Shown: positions 13,801 to 28,800 of the stretch, in pieces
How positions within the stretch are numbered: the stretch's first letter is position 1
Layout of the letters: every line of letters begins with the position of its first letter
Origin: Octopus sinensis
Lineage: Eukaryota
Reading direction: 5' to 3'
DNA length: 64,000 nucleotides
Assembly: GCF_006345805.1 (NCBI RefSeq)
Contig: NC_043025.1
Span: 16,678,001-16,742,000 of the forward strand
Position numbers and translations under genes: made by a program
Notes under the pieces: generated by a model
Seen by the model: only the letters and a program-made list of their open reading frames with translations
What the model was told of the DNA's origin: nothing
Databases searched by the model: none

Positions 13801-16800
13801 CTTATATTTACCTAACAGACAACAAAATTTTTTTTTGTTTTTCAAGTACACATTTGAAATATTTTGACATTTTCTAACCTGAAAACTTTTTAGAATTTAG
13901 TGATCTCTTGGATAAAAATAAGCTTATTATCACTGATAGCTTATATTTACCTCAGACCACAAAATTTTTTTTTGTTTTTCAAGTACACATTTGAAATATT
14001 TTGACATTTTCTAACCTGAAAACTTTTGAGAATTTAGTGATCTCTTGGATAAATATAAGCTTATTATCACTCATATAGCTTATATTTACCTAACAGACAA
14101 CAAAATTTTTTTTGTTTTTCAAGTACACATTTGAAATATTTTGACATTTTAACCTGAAAACTTTTAGAATTTAGTGATCTCTTGGATAAATATAAGCTTA
14201 TATCACTCATATAGCTTATATTTACCTAACAGATCAAAAATTTTTTTGTTTTACAAGTACACATTTGAAATATTTTGACATTATCTAACCTGAAAACTTT
14301 TGAGAATTTAGTGATCTTTGGATAAATATAAGCTTATTATCACTCATATAGCTTATATTACCTAACAGATCACAAATTTTTTTTTGTTTTTCAAGTACAC
14401 TTGAAATATTTTGACATTTTCAAACCTGAAAACTTTTGAGAATTTAGTGATCTCTTGGATAAATATAAGCTTATTATCACTCATATAGCTTATATTTACC
14501 TAACAGATCACAACATTTTTTTGTTTTTCAAGTACACATTTGAAATATTTTGACATTTCTAACCTGAAAACTTTTGAGAATTTGTGATCTCTTGGATAAA
14601 TATAAGCTTATTATCACTCATATAGCTTATATTTACCTAACAGATCACAAAATTTCTTTTTGTTTTTCAAGTACACATTTGCAATATTTTGACATTTTCT
14701 AATCTGAAAACTTTTGAGAATTTAGTGATCTCTTGGATAAATATAAGCTTATTATCACTCATATAGCTTATATTTACCTAACAGATCACAACATTTTTTT
14801 TGTTTTTCAAGTACACATTTGAAATATTTTGACATTTTCTAACCTGAAAACTTTTGAGAATTTAGTGATCTCTTGGATAAATATCAGCTTATTAACACTC
14901 ATATAGCTTATATTTACCTAACAGACACAAAATAGCTTATTATCACTCATATAGCTTATATTTACCTAACAGATCACAAAATTTTTTTTTGTTTTTCAAG
15001 TACACATTTGAAATATTTTGTCATTTTGTAACCTGAAAACTTTTGAGAATTTAGGAATCTCTTGGATAAATATTAGCTTATTATCACTCATATAGCTTAT
15101 ATTTACCTAACAGACAACAATTTTTTTTTTTTTTAAGTACACATTTGAAATATTTTGACATTTTCTAACCTGAAAACTTTTGAGAATTTAGTGATCTCTT
15201 GGATAAATATAAGCTTATTATCACTCATATAGCTTATATTTACCTAACAGATCACAAAATTCTTTTTTTTTTTAAGTACACATTTGAAATATTTTGACAT
15301 TTTCTAACCTGAAAACTTTTGAGAATTTAGGGAACTCTTGGATAAATATAAGTTTATTATCACTCATATAGCTTATATTTACCTAACAGATCACAAAATT
15401 TCTTTTTGTTTTTCAAGTACACATTTGAAATATTTTGACATTTTCTAACCTGAAAACTTTTGAGAATTTAGTGATCTCTTGGATAAATATAAGATTATTA
15501 TCACTTATATAGCTTATATTTACCTAACAGATCAAAAATTTCTTTTTGTTTTTCAAGTACACATTTGAAATATTTTGACATTTTCTAACCTGAAAACTTT
15601 TGAGAATTTAGTGATCTCTTGGATAAATATAAGCTTATTATCACTCATATATATTATAGTTACCTAAGAGACAACAAATTTTTTTTTTTTTTTTTAAGTA
15701 CACATTTGAAATATTTTGACATTTTCTAACCTGAAAACATTTGAGAATTTAGTGATCTCTTGGATAAATATAAGCTTATTATCACTCATATAGCTTATAT
15801 TACCTAACAGATCACAAATTTTTTTCGTTTTCAAGTACACATTTGAAATATTTTGACATTTTCTAACCTGAAAACTTTTGAGAATTTAGTGATCTCTTGG
15901 ATAAATATAAGCTTATTATCACTCATATAGCTTATATTTACATAACAGATCACAAAATTTCTTTTTGATTTTCAAGTACACATTTGAAATATTTTGACAT
16001 TTTCTAACCTGAAAACTTTTGAGAATTTAGTGATCTCTTGGATAAATATAAGCTTATTATCACTCATATAGCTTATATTTACCTAACAGATCACAAAATT
16101 TGTTTTTGTTTTTCAAGTACACATTTGAAATATTTTGACATTTTCTAACCTGAAAACTTTTGAGAATTTAGTGATCTCTTGGATAAATATAAGCTTATTA
16201 TCACTCATATAGCTTATATTTACCTAACAGATCACAAATTTTTTTTTTGTTTTTCAAGTACACATTTGAAATATTTTGACAATTTCTAACCTGAAAACTT
16301 TTGAGAATTTAGTGATCTCTTGGATAAATATAAGCTTATTATCACTCATATAGCTTATATTTACCTAACAGATCACAAATTTTTTTTTTGTTTTTCAAGT
16401 ACACATTTGAAATATTTTGACATTTTCTAACCTGAAAACTTTTGAGAATTTAGTGATCTCTTGGATAAATATAAGCTTATTATCACTCATATAGCTTATA
16501 TTTACCTAACAGATCACAACATTTTTTTTGTTTTTCAAGTACACATTTGAAATATTTTGACCTTTTCTAACCTGAAAACTTTTGAGAATTTAGTGATCTC
16601 TTGGATAAATATCAGCTTATTATCACTCATATAGCTTATATTTACCTAACAGACAACAAAATAGCTTTTATCACTCATATAGCTTAATTTACTACAGATC
16701 ACAAAATTTTTTTTTGTTTTTCAAGTACACATTTGAAATATTTTGACATTTTCTAACCTGAAAACTTTTGAGAATTTAGTGATCTCTTGGATAAATATTA

Positions 16801-19800
16801 GCTTATTATCACTCATATAGCTTATATTTACCTAACAGACAACAATTTTTTTTTTGTTTTTCAAGTACACATTTGAAATATTTTGACATTTTCTAACCTG
16901 AAAACTTTTGAGAATTTAGTGATCTCTTGGATAAATATAAGCTTATTATCACTCATATAGCTTATATTTACCTAACAGATCAAAAATTTTTTTTTTTTTC
17001 AAGTACACATTTGAAATATTTTGACATTTTCTAACCTGAAAACTTTTGAGAATTTAGTGATCTCTTGGATAAATATAAGCTTATTATCACTCATATAGCT
17101 TATATTTACTAACAGATCACAAAATTTTTTTTGTTTTCAAGTACACATTTGAAATATTTTGACATTTTCTAACCTGAAAACTTTTGAGAATTTAGTGATC
17201 TCTTGGATAAATATAAGCTTATTATCACTCATATAGCTTATATTTACCTAACAGATCCAAAATTTTTTTTGTTTTTCAAGTACACATTTGAAATATTTGA
17301 CATTTTCTAACCTGAAAACTTTGAGAATTTAGTGATCTCTTGGATAAATATAAGCTTATTATCACTCATATAGCTTATATTTACCTAACAGATCACAAAA
17401 TTTTTTTGTTTTTCAAGTACACATTTGAAATATTTTGACATTTTCTAACCTGAAAACTTTTGAGAATTTAGTGATCTCTTGGATAAATATAAGCTTATTA
17501 TCACTCATATAGCTTATATTACCTAACAGATCACAAAATTTTTTTTGTTTTTCAAGTACACATTTGAAATATTTGACAATTTCTAACCTGAAAACTTTTG
17601 AGAATTAGTGATCTCTTGGATAAATATAGCTTATTATCACTCATATAGCTTATATTTACCTAACAGATCACAAATTTTTTTTTGTTTTTCAAGTACACAT
17701 TTGAAATATTTTGACAATTCTAACCTGAAACTTTGAGAATTTAGTGATCAGTCTTGGATAAATATAAGCTTATTATCACTCATATAGCTTAATTTACTAA
17801 CAGATCAAAAAATTTTTTTTTTCAAGTACACATTTGAAATATTTTGACATTTTCTAACCTGAAAACTTTTGAGAATTTAGTGATCTCTTGGATAAATATA
17901 AGCTTATTATCACTCATATAGCTTATATTACCTAACAGATCAAAAAATTTTTTTTGTTTTTCAAGTACACATTTGAAATATTTTGACATTTTCTAACCTG
18001 AAAACTTTTGAGAATTTAGTGATCTCTTGGATAAATATAAGCTTATTATCACTCATATAGCTTATATTTACCTAACAGATCACAAAATTTTTTTTGTTTT
18101 CAAGTACACATTGAAATATTTTGACATTCTAACCTGAAAACTTTTGAGAATTTAGTGATCTCTTGGATAAATATAGCTTATTATCACTCATATATTTATA
18201 TTTAAACAGACAACAAAATTTTTTTTTTTCAAGTACACATTTGAAATATTTTGACATTTCTAACCTGAAAACTTTTGAGAATTTAGTGATCTCTTGGATA
18301 AATATAAGCTTATTATCACTCTATAGCTTATATTTACCTAACAGATCACAAAATTTTTTTGTTTTCAAGTACACATTTGAAATATTTTGACATTTCTAAC
18401 CTGAAAACTTTTGAGAATTTAGTGATCTCTTGGATAAATATAAGCTTATTATCACTCATATAGCTTATATTTACCTAACAGATCACAAATTTTTTTTTTT
18501 TTTTTTCAAGTACACATTTGAAATATTTTGACATTTTCTAACCTGAAAACTTTTGAGAATTTAGTGATCTCTTGGATAAATATAAGCTATTATCACTCAT
18601 ATAGCTTATATTTACCTAACAGATCACAAAATTTTTTTTGTTTTTCAAGTACACATTTGAAATATTTTGACATTTTCTAACCTGAAAACTTTTGAGAATT
18701 TAGTGATCTCTTGGATAAATATAAGCTTATTATCACTCATATAGCTTATATTTACCTAACAGATCACAAAATTTTTTTTTGTTTTCAAGTACACATTTGA
18801 AATATTTTGACATTTTCTAACCTGAAAACTTTTGAGAATTTAGTGATCTCTTGGATAAATATAAGCTTATTATCACTCATAGCTTATATTTACCTAACAT
18901 CACAAAATTTTTTTTTGTTTTTCAAGTACACATTTGAAATATTTTGACATTTTCTAACCTGAAAACTTTTGAGAATTTAGTGATCTCTTGGATAAATATA
19001 AGCTTATTATCACTCATATAGCTTATATTTACCTAACAGATCACAAATTTTTTTTGTTTTTCAAGTACACATTTGAAATATTTTGACATTTTCTAACCTG
19101 AAAACTTTTGAGAATTTAGTGATCTCTTGGATAAATATAAGCTTATTATCACTCATATAGCTTATATTTACCTAACAGATCACAAATTTTTTTGTTTTTC
19201 AAGTACACATTTGAAATATTTGACATTTTCTAACCTGAAAAACTTTGAGAATTTAGTGATCTCTTGGATAAATATAAGCTTATTATCACTCATATAGCTT
19301 ATATTACCTAACAGACAACAAAATTTTTTGTTTTTCAAGTACACATTTAATATTTTGACATTTTCTAACCTGAAAACGTTTGAGAATTTAGTGATCTCTT
19401 GGATAAATATAAGCTTATTATCACTCATATAGCTTATATTTACCTAACAGATCACAAAATTTTTTTTGTTTTCAAGTACACATTTGAAATATTTTGACTT
19501 TTTCTAACCTGAAAACTTTTGAGAATTTAGTGATCTCTTGGATAAATATAAGCTTATTATCACTCATATAGCTTATATTTACCTAAGAGATCACAAAATT
19601 TTTTTTGTTTTTCAAGTACACATTTGAAATATTTTGACATTTTCTAACCTGAAAACTTTTGAGAATTTAGTGATCTCTTGGATAAATATAAGCTTATTAT
19701 CACTCATATAGCTTATATTACCTAACAGATCACAAAATTTTTTTTGTTTTTCAAGTACACATTTGAAATATTTTGACATTTTCTAACCTGAAAACTTTTG

Positions 19801-22800
19801 AGAATTTAGTGATCTCTTGGATAAATATAAGCTTATTATCACTCATATAGCTTATATTTACCTAACAGATCACAAAATTTTTTTTGTTTTTCAAGTACAC
19901 ATTTGAAATATTTTGACATTTCTAACCTGAAAACTTTTGAGAATTTAGTGATCTCTTGGATAAATATAAGCTTATTATCACTATAGCTTATATTTACCTA
20001 ACAGATCACAAAATTTTTTTGTTTTTCAAGTACACATTTGAAATATTTTGACATTTCTAACCTGAAAACTTTTGAGAATTTAGTGATCTCTTGGATAAAT
20101 ATAAGCTTATTATCACTCATATAGCTTATATTACCTAACAGATCACAAAATTTTTTTTGTTTTTCAAGTACACATTTGAAATATTTTGACATTTTCTAAC
20201 CTGAAAACTTTTGAGAATTTAGTGATCTCTTGGATAAATATAAGCTTATTATCACTCAGATAGCTTTATTACCTAACAGATCACAAATTTTTTTTTTTTT
20301 TTCAAGTACACATTTGAAATATTTGACATTTCTAACCTGAAAACTTTGAGAATTTAGTGATCTCTTGGATAAATATAAGCTTTATCATTCATATAGCTAT
20401 ATTTACACCTACAGATCACAAAATTTTTTTGTTTTCAAGTACACATTTGAAATATTTTGACATTTTCTAACCTGAAAACTTTTGAGAATTTAGTGATCTC
20501 TTGGATAAATATAAGCTTATTATCACTCATATAGCTTATATTTACCTAACAGATCACAAATTTTTTTTTGTTTTTTCAAGTACATTTGAAATATTTTGAC
20601 ATTTCTAACCTGAAAACTTTTGAGAATTTAGTGATCTTTGGATAAATATAAGCTTATTATCACTCATATAGCTTATATTTACCTAACAGATCACAAAAAT
20701 TTTTTTGTTTTTCAAGTACACATTTGAAATATTTGACATTTTCTAACCTGAAAACTTTTGAGAATTAGTGATCTCTTGGATAAATATAAGCTTATTATCA
20801 CTCATATAGCTTATATTTACCTAACAGATCAACAAAATTTTTTTTTGTTTTCAAGTACACATTTGAAATATTTTGACATTTTCTAACCTGAAAACTTTTG
20901 AGAATTTAGTGATCTCTTGGATAAATATAAGCTTATTATCACTCATATAGCTTATATTTACCTAACAGATCACAAATTTTTTTTTTTTTCAAGTACACAT
21001 TTGAAATATTTTGACATTTCTAACCTGAAAACTTTTGAGAATTTAGTGATCTCTTGGATAATATAAGCTTATTATCACTCATATAGCTTATATTTACCTA
21101 ACAGATCAAAATTTTTTTTTTTTTCAAGTACACATTTGAAATATTTTGACATTTTCTAACCTGAAAACTTTTGAGAATTTAGTGATCTCTTGGATAAATA
21201 TAAGCTTATTATCACTATAGCTTATATTTACCTAACAGATCAAAAATTTTTTTTGTTTTTCAAGTACACATTTGAAATATTTTGACATTTTCTAACCTGA
21301 AAACTTTTGAGAATTTAGTGATCTCTTGGATAAATATAAGCTTATTATCACTCATATAGCTTATATTTACCTAACAGATCAAAATTTTTTTTTGTTTTTC
21401 AAGTACACATTTGAAATATTTTGACATTTTCTAACCTGAAAACTTTTGAGAATTTAGTGATCTCTTGGATAAATATAAGCTTATTATCACTCATATAGCT
21501 ATATTTACCAACAGACAACAAAAATTTTTTTTTTTTCAAGTACACATTTGAAATATTTTGACATTTTCTAACCTGAAAACTTTTGAGAATTTAGTGATCT
21601 CTTGGATAAATATAAGCTTATTATCACTCATATAGCTTTATTTACCTAACAGATCACAAAATTTTTTTTGTTTTTCAAGTACACATTTGAAATTTTGACA
21701 TTTCTAACCTGAAAACTTTTGAGAATTTAGTGATCTCTTGGATAAATATAAGCTTATATCACTCATATAGCTTATATTACCTAACAGATCACAAAATTTT
21801 TTTGTTTTTCAAGTACACATTTGAAATATTTTGACATTTTCTAACCTGAAAACTTTTGAGAATTTAGTGATCTCTTGGATAAATATAAGCTTATTATCAC
21901 TCATATAGCTTATATTTACCTAACAGATCACAAATTTTTTTTTTTTTCAAGTACACATTTGAAATATTTTGACATTTTCTAACCTGAAAACTTTGAGAAT
22001 TTAGTGATCTCTTGGATAAATATAAGCTTATTATCACTCATATAGCTTATATTTACCTAACAGAAAACAAATTTTTTTTGTTTTCAAGTACACATTTGAA
22101 ATATTTTGACATTTTCTAACCTGAAAACTTTTGAGAATTTAGTGATCTCTTGGATAAATATAAGCTTATTATCTCTGATATAGCTTATATTTACCTAACA
22201 GATCACAAAATTGTTTTTTATTTTTCAAGTACACAATCGAAATATTTTCACATTTTTCAACCTGAAAACTTTTGAGAATTTAGTGATCTCTTGGATAAAT
22301 ATAAGCTTATTATCACTCATATAGCTTATATTTACCTAACAGATCACAAAATTTTTTTGTTTTTCAAGTACACATTTGAAATATTTTGACATTTTCTAAC
22401 CTGAAAACTTTTGAGAATTTAGTGATCTCTTGGATAAATATAAGCTTATTATCACTCATATAGCTTATATTTACCTAACAGATCACAAATTTTTTTTTGT
22501 TTTTCAAGTACACATTTGAAATATTTTGACATTTTCTAACCTGAAAACTTTTGAGAATTTAGTGATCTCTTGGATAAATATAAGCTTATTATCACTCATA
22601 TAGCTTATATTTACCTAACAGATCACAAAATTTTTTTTTGTTTTTCAAGTACACATTTGAAATATTTTGACATTTCTAACCTGAAAACTTTTGAGAATTT
22701 AGTGATCTCTTGGATAAATATAAGCTTATTATCACTCATATAGCTTATATTTACCTAACAGATCACAAAAATTTTTTTTGTTTTTCAAGTACACATTTGA

Positions 22801-25800
22801 AATATTTTGACATTTTCTAACCTGAAAACTTTTGAGAATTTAGTGATCTCTTGGATAAATATAAGCTTATTATCACTCATATAGCTTATATTTACCTAAC
22901 AGATCACAAAATTTTTTTTGTTTTTCAAGTACACATTTGAAATATTTTGACATTTTCTAACCTGAAAACTTTTGAGATTTAGTGATCTCTTGGATAAATA
23001 TAAGCTTATTATCACTCATATAGCTTATATTTACCTAACAGATCACAAAATTTTTTTGTTTTCAAGTACACATTTGAAATATTTGACATTTTCTAACCTG
23101 AAAACTTTTGAGAATTTAGTGATCTCTTGGATAAATATAAGCTTATTATCACTCATATAGCTTATATTTACTAACAGACACAAAATTTTTTTTTTTCAAG
23201 TACACATTTGAAATATTTTGACATTTTCTAACCTGAAAACTTTGAGAATTTAGTGATCTCTTGGATAAATATAAGCTTATTATCACTCATATAGCTTATA
23301 TTTACTAACAGATCACAAAATTTTTTTTGTTTTTCAAGTACACATTTGAAATATTTTGACATTTTCTAACCTGAAAACTTTTGAGAATTTAGTGATCTCT
23401 TGGATAAATATAAGCTTATTATCACTCATATAGCTTATATTTACCTAACAGATCACAAATTTTTTTTTGTTTTCAAGTACACATTTGAAATATTTTGACA
23501 TTTCTAACCTGAAAACTTTGAGAATTAGTGATCTCTTGGATAAATATAAGCTTATTATCACTCATATAGCTTATATTTACTAACAGATCAACAAATTTTT
23601 TTTTTTTTTCAAGTACACATTTGAAATATTTTGACATTTTCTAACTGAAAACTTTTGAGAATTTAGTGATCTCTTGGATAAATATAAGCTTATTATCACT
23701 CATATAGCTTATATTTACCTAACAGATCACAAAATTTTTTTTTGTTTTTCAAGTACACATTTGAAATATTTTGACATTTCTAACCTGAAAACTTTTGAGA
23801 ATTTAGTGATCTCTTGGATAAATATAAGCTTATTATCACTCATATAGCTTATATTTACCTAACAGACAACAAAATTTTTTTTTTTTTTCAAGTACACATT
23901 TGAAATATTTTGACATTTTCTAACCTGAAAACTTTGAGAATTTAGTGATCTCTTGGATAAATATAAGCTTATTATCACTCATATAGCTTATATTTACCTA
24001 ACAGATCACAAAATTTTTTTTGTTTTTCAAGTACACATTTGAAATATTTTGACATTTTCTAACCTGAAACTTTTGAGAATTTAGTGATCTCTTGGATAAA
24101 TATAAGCTTATTATCACTCATATAGCTTATATTTACCTAACAGACACAAATTTTTTTTTGTTTTTCAAGTACACATTTGAAATATTTTGACATTTTCTAA
24201 CCTGAAAACTTTTGAGAATTTAGTGTTCTCTTGGATAAATATAAGCTTATTATCACTCATATAGCTTATATTTACTTAACAGATCACAAATTTTTTTTGT
24301 TTTTCAAGTACACATTTGAAATATTTTGACATTTTCTAACCTGAAAACTTTTGAGAATTTAGTGATCTCTTGGATAAATATAAGCTTATTATCACTCATA
24401 TAGCTTATATTTACCTAACAGATCACAAAATTTTTTTTTGTTTTTCAAGTACACATTTGAAATATTTTGACATTTTCTAACCTGAAAACTTTGAGAATTT
24501 AGTGATCTCTTGGATAAATATAAGCTTATTATCACTCATATAGCTTATAATTACCTAACAGATCACAAAATTTTTTTTTGTTTTTCAAGTACACATTTGA
24601 AATATTTTGACATTTTCTAACCTGAAAACTTTTGAGAATTTAGTGATCTCTGGATAAATATAAGCTTATTATCACTCATATAGCTTATATTTACCAACAG
24701 ATCACAAATTTTTTTTGTTTTCAAGTACACATTTGAAATATTTTGACATTTTCTAACCTGAAAACTTTTGAGAATTTAGTGATCTCTTGGATAAATATAA
24801 GCTTATTATCACTCATATAGCTTATATTTACCTAACAGATCACAAAATTTTTTTTGTTTTCAAGTACACATTTGAAATATTTTGACATTTTCTAACCTGA
24901 AAACTTTTGAGAATTTAGTGATCTCTTGGATAAATATAAGCTTATTATCACTCATATAGCTTATATTTACCTAACAGATCAAAAAATTTTTTTTTGTTTT
25001 TCAAGTACACATTTGAAATATTTTGACATTTTCTAACCTGAAAACTTTTGAGAATTTAGTGATCTCTTGGATAAATATAAGCTTATTATCACTCATATAG
25101 CTTATATTTACCTAACAGATCACAAAATTTTTTTTGTTTTTCAAGTACACATTTGAAATATTTTGACATTTTCTAACCTGAAAACTTTTGAGAATTTAGT
25201 GATCTCTTGGATAAATATAAGCTTATTATCACTCATATAGCTTATATTTACCTAACAGATCACAAAATTTTTTTGTTTTCAAGTACACATTTGAAATATT
25301 TTGACATTTTCTAACCTGAAAACTTTTGAGAATTTAGTGATCTCTTGTATAAATATAAGCTTATTATAACTCATATAGCTTATTCTTACCTAACAGATCA
25401 CAAATTTTTTTTGTTTTTCAAGTACACATTTGAAATATTTTGAAATTTCTAACCTGAAAACATTTGAGAATTTAGTGATCTCTTGGATAAATATAAGCTT
25501 ATTATCACTCATATAGCTTATATTTACCTAACAGATCACAAAATTTTTTTTTGTTTTCAAGTACACATTTGAAATATTTTGACATTTTCTAACCTGAAAA
25601 CTTTTGAGAATTTAGTGATCTCTTGGATAAATATAAGCTTATTATCACTCATATAGCTTATATTTACCTAACAGATCACAAATTTTTTTTTTGTTTTCAA
25701 GTACACATTTGAAATATTTTGACATTTTCTAACCTGAAAACTTTGAGAATTTAGTGATCTCTTGGATAAATATAAGCTTATTATCACTCATATAGCTTAT

Positions 25801-28800
25801 ATTTACCTAACAGATCACAAAATTTTTTTTTTTTTTTCAAGTACACATTTGAAATATTTTGACATTTTCTAACCTGAAAACTTTTGAGAATTTAGTGATC
25901 TCTTGGATAAATATAAGCTTATTATCACTCATATAGCTTATATTTACCTAACAGATCAAAAAATTTTTTTTTTTTTCAAGTACACATTTGAAATATTTTG
26001 ACATTTTCTAACCTGAAAACTTTTGAGAATTTAGTGATCTCTTGGATAAATATAAGCTTATTATCACTCATATAGCTTATATTTACCTAACAGATCACAA
26101 ATTTTTTTTGTTTTTCAAGTACACATTTGAAATATTTTGACATTTTCTAACCTGAAAACTTTTGAGAATTTAGTGATCTCTTGGATAAATATAAGCTTAT
26201 TATCACTCATATAGCTTTATTTACCTAACAGATCACAAATTTTTTTTTTGTTTTTCAAGTACACATTGAAATATTTTGACATTTCTAACCTGAAAACTTT
26301 GAGAATTTAGTGATCTCTTGGATAAATATAAGCTTATTATCACTCATATAGCTTATATTTACTAACAGATCACAAATTTTTTTTGTGTTTTCAAGTACAC
26401 ATTTGAAATATTTTGACATTTTCTAACCTGAAAACTTTTGAGAATTTAGTGATCTCTTGGATAAATATAAGCTTATTATCACTCATATAGCTATATTTAC
26501 CTAACAGATCACAAAATTTTTTTTTGTTTTTCAAGTACACATTTGAAATATTTTGACATTTCTAACCTGAAAACTTTTGAGAATTTAGTGATCTCTTGGA
26601 TAAATATAAGCTTATTATCACTCATATAGCTTATATTTACTAACAGATCACAAAATTTTTTTTGTTTTTCAAGTACACATTTGAAATATTTTGACATTTT
26701 CTAACCTGAAAACTTTTGAGAATTTAGTGATCTCTTGGATAAATATAAGCTTATTATCACTCATAGCTTATATTTACCTAACAGATCACAAAATTTTTTT
26801 TGTTTTCAAGTACACATTTGAAATATTTTGACATTTTCTAACCTGAAAACTTTTGAGAATTTAGTGATCTCTTGGATAAATATAAGCTTATTATCACTCA
26901 TATAGCTTATATTTACCTAACAGATCACAAAATTTTTTTTGTTTTTCAAGTACACATTTGAAATATTTTGACATTTCTAACCTGAAAACTTTTGAGAATT
27001 TAGTGATCTCTTGGATAAATATAAGCTTATTATCACTCATATAGCTTATACTTACCTAACAGATCACAAAATTTTTTTTGTTTTTCAAGTACACATTTGA
27101 AATATTTTGACATTTTCTAACCTGAAAACTTTTGAGAATTTAGTGATCTCTTGGATAAATATAAGCTTATTATCACTCATATAGCTTATTTTACCTAACA
27201 GATCACAAATTTTTTTTTTTTTTCAAGTAACATTTGAAATATTTTGACATTTTCTAACCTGAAAATTTTGAATTTAGTGATCTCTTGGATAAATATAAGC
27301 TTATTATCACTCATATAGCTTATATTATACCTAAAGATCACAAAATTTTTTTTTGTTTTCAAGTACACATTTGAAATATTTGACAATTTCTAACCTGAAA
27401 ACTTTTGAGAATTTAGTGATCTCTTGGATAAATATAAGCTTATTATCACTCATATAGCTTATATTTACCTAACAGACAACAAAATTTTTTTTTTTTTTAA
27501 GTACACATTTGAAATATTTTGACATTTTCTAACCTGAAAACTTTTGAGAATTTAGTGATCTCTTGGATAAATATAAGCTTATTATCACTCATATAGCTTA
27601 TATTTACCTAACAGATCACAAAATTTTTTTTTGTTTTTCAAGTACACATTTGAAATATTTTGACATTTTCTAACCTGAAAACTTTGAGAATTTAGTGATC
27701 TCTTGGATAAATATAAGCTTATTATCACTCATATAGCTTATATTTACCTAACAGATCACAAATTTTTTTTTGTTTTTCAAGTACACATTTGAAATATTTT
27801 GACATTTCTAACCTGAAAACTTTTGAGAATTTAGTGATCTCTTGGATAAATATAAGCTTATTATCACTCATATAGCTTATATTTTCTTAACAGATCACAA
27901 ATTTTTTTTGTTTTTCAAGTACACATTTGAAATATTTTGACATTTCTAACCTGAAAACTTTTGAGAATTTAGTGATCTTTTGGATAAATATAAGCTTATT
28001 ATCACTCATATAGCTTAATTTACCTAAAGATCACAAAATTTTTTTTGTTTTTCAAGTAGTACATTTGAAATATTTTGACTTTTCTAACCTGAAAACTTTT
28101 GAGAATTTAGTGATCTCTTGGATAATATAAGCTTATTATCACTCATAAGCTTATATTTCCTAAGAGACAACAAAATTTTTTTTTGTTTTTCAAGTACACA
28201 TTTGAAATATTTTGACATTTTCTAACCTGAAAACTTTTGAGAATTTAGTGATCTCTTGGATAAATATAAGCTATTATCACTCATATAGCTTATATTTACC
28301 TAACAGACAACAAAATTTTTTTTTTTTTTTCAAGTACACATTTGAAATATTTTGACATTTTCTAACCTGAAACTTTTGAGAATTTAGTGATCTCTTGTAA
28401 ATATAAGCTTATTATCACTCATATAGCTTATATTTACCTAACAGATCACAAAACTTTTTGTTTTTCAAGTACACATTTGAAATATTTTGACATTTCTAAC
28501 CTGAAAACATTGAGAATTTAGTGATCTCTTGGATAAATATAAGCTTATATCACTCATATAGCTTATATTTACCTACAGATCACACAAATTTTTTTTTGTT
28601 TTTCAAGTACACATTTGAAATATTTTGACATTTTCTAACCTGAAAACTTTTGAGAATTTAGTGATCTCTTGGATAAATATAAGCTTTTTATCACTCATAT
28701 AGCTTATATTCACCTAACAGACAACAAAATTTTTTTTGTTTTCAAGTACACATTTGAATATTTTGACATTTTCTAACCTGAAAACTTTTGAGAATTTAGT

